Shown piece after piece: positions 7,731-9,332 of a stretch of DNA of 9,332 bases. Within the stretch, counting starts at the first letter, position 1. Each line of letters begins with the position of its first letter. This DNA comes from Octopus sinensis (taxonomy: Eukaryota): assembly GCF_006345805.1 (NCBI RefSeq), contig NW_021827949.1, positions 1 to 9,332 on the forward strand, read 5' to 3'. Position numbers and translations under genes: made by a program. The notes under the pieces were generated by a model, which saw nothing but the letters and a program-made list of their open reading frames with translations, ran no database searches and was not told where the DNA came from.

Positions 7731-7881
7731 ACGTATATATATATGTATATATATATATGTATATATGTATATATGTATACATATATATATATATCATATA
7801 TATATATGTATACATATATGTATATATATATATATATATAATATATATATATATATTACATATATATATATGTATATGTAT
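7668..7881. repeat. (TA)n/(TG)n/(TATATG)n microsatellite
   Basis: Directly visible. Confidence 0.95.
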
Positions 7882-8105
7882 CAGTAATGCAATACAACGT
7901 ATTGCCTTCCAGTAAAAAGTAGCCCGGGTGTTTCATCTTTCAGATGTTCTCCCTGGAGGTAAGACAGTTTTTTTTTCTCTAATTTGTTGCACACACGCAT
8001 TTTTGCTAATACATACGCGGTGAAGCTACACATTAGCGTCGTATTTTTACGTTCGCTATTTCCAGTAAATATCGGTACTTAGTTGTGCCATTTATTTACT
8101 AATTT

Positions 8106-8366
8106 GTATATGTATATGTATATATATATGTATATGTATATGTATATATATATATAATATATATATATATACATATATATATGTATATATATATATATAT
8201 TATATATATATTATATTTATATATATATAATATACATATATATTATGTATATGTATATATATATATGTATATGTATATATATATATATGTAATTATATAT
8301 TAATATATATCTAATAATAATATATATATATATATATATATATAATATAATATATTATTATATATA
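8106..8366. repeat. Imperfect (TA)n/(TATATG)n microsatellite
   Basis: Directly visible. Confidence 0.95.
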
Positions 8367-8369
8367 GTT

Positions 8370-8570
8370 TATCCAATCATGAAAGCACAAAAATCACAAC
8401 AACGCGAGGACGTGGAACAAATATAGTATTATTGGACGCTCAGGAAAGAAGGGAAGAAGGAGGGTTTAACGTTTCGAGCGGAGCTCTTCGTAGGAAACAT
8501 AGGAGAAGGAAAGATCCAGAGAAGGGAAGACAGAGGAAAAACAATCGCCAACGGTACACACGCGGTCATA
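8370..8570 (-). mobile_element. Short interspersed repeat carrying a degenerate hammerhead, adjacent to (TA)n
   Basis: ~200-bp purine-rich block between TA tracts that contains the HHR-like motif at 8464-8498. Confidence 0.5.
8464..8498 (-). ncRNA. Ultra-minimal hammerhead-like motif with mutated core
   Basis: Minus strand reads GTTT-CCTACGA-A-GAGC-TCC-GCTC-GAAA-CGTT-AAAC. Stems I and II and the AACGTT palindrome are intact; the core CCTACGA differs from CTGANGA at two positions. Confidence 0.55.
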
Positions 8571-8579
8571 TGTATATGT

Positions 8580-8850
8580 TGGATGTGTGGCAAGTAGCTA
8601 TCTAACCAATCACATGGTTCCGGTTTCAGCATGGCAGCGCAGGAAAGTGTCTTCTACTATATCCTCGGTCCGAATAAAGCTTTTTGAGCGGATTTGGTAG
8701 ACGGAAACTGAAAGAAGCCCGTCGTATATGTATATGTCTGTGTGTCTGTGCTTGTGCACCCACCATCGCTTGACAACCGATGTTGGAGTGTTTACGTCTC
8801 CATTATATAGCGGTCCGGCAAAGAAGAATGATAGAATAAGTAATAGGCTT
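8580..8850 (+). mobile_element. Diverged tRNA-derived octopus-type SINE, 3'-truncated
   Basis: tRNA-like head (TGGATGTGTGGCAAGTAGC...GGTTTCAG), body AAGTGTCTTCTACTAT...GGATTTGGTAGACGGAAACTGAAAGAAGCCCGTCG, and an internal TA/TG tract. Recognised from memory of octopus repeats. Confidence 0.65.
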
Positions 8851-9271
8851 TCTTTATTTTTATTTCTGAGACGCTACTTTCTTTCTAATAAATTATATTT
8901 TCAACTTTGCCTTAATTTTTTTGTCTCTAGTTTCTGTTGAGTAGAAACAAATAAATCATGTAACTAATGATTAATTACATAATTAATGTGTAATTCATAA
9001 TTGAAGTAATTAAATAGTTCAATCAGTGATTGAAAATTTATGAAACATTTATAAAAAGAATTGTCCTATAAATAATTTCCCATCACGCTAGAAATAACCA
9101 CCAAGTACACGAAGATATGCGTTGCTTTTGATAGAAAATTGAAAGGCACTTTAAGAGGGGTTTGTAGTCAGCCCCAAACACAAAACAAGGGACTTCATAT
9201 CCTCAGAGTCTAATCCTTCATTTTTTATATAAATGAAAGGCAGTTACGATGAATTTATAAAAGAAACTCAC

Positions 9272-9332
9272 TTCTATAATGTCTCGCATCCTTCGAGAAA
9301 CATCAACCAAGGGACATCGGATCAGCGATTTT
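9272..9332 (-). CDS. Candidate 3' end of a coding exon that runs off the window; protein unidentified
   Basis: Minus-strand open frame KSLIRCPLVDVSRRMRDIIE ends in phase 0 at GAA|GTGAGT (donor 9271-9266). The sequence is GC-richer than its flank and non-repetitive, but only 61 nt are visible. Confidence 0.3.

Noticed and set aside
8960-9015. Cluster of TAAT/ATTA homeodomain-like motifs and an AT hairpin
   Set aside because: Cannot be distinguished from the AT-rich background without conservation data.
9199-9205. Minus-strand CTGAGGA
   Set aside because: No downstream stem II-GAAA arrangement.

Overview
AT-rich, microsatellite-dense eukaryotic DNA with no supportable full protein-coding gene. 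All listed ORFs are low-complexity translations of simple repeats or run across repeats. The SINE families resemble those I recall from octopus/cephalopod genomes; this is recognition from memory, not a database search. The main signal is a cluster of minimal type I hammerhead ribozyme (HHR) motifs from about five unrelated repeat families, each in a short element inserted next to or between (TA)n tracts. (1) A ~560-bp highly self-complementary unit is repeated head-to-tail and then folded back (3879-5487), with three HHRs; it is retrozyme/Penelope pLTR-like. (2) A tRNA-headed, (AAT)n-containing, palindromic element carries an HHR (5505-5995). (3) A near-canonical HHR lies at 3591-3633. (4) A ~514-bp element with terminal inverted repeats carries a degenerate HHR (2641-3154). 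(5) A degenerate HHR lies at 8464-8498. Also present are a ~1.3-kb near-perfect palindrome (285-1596) centred on an RTE-LINE 3' remnant, a tandem array of Meta/MESC-domain SINE units, a 24-bp-IR hairpin element, and two low-confidence exon candidates.
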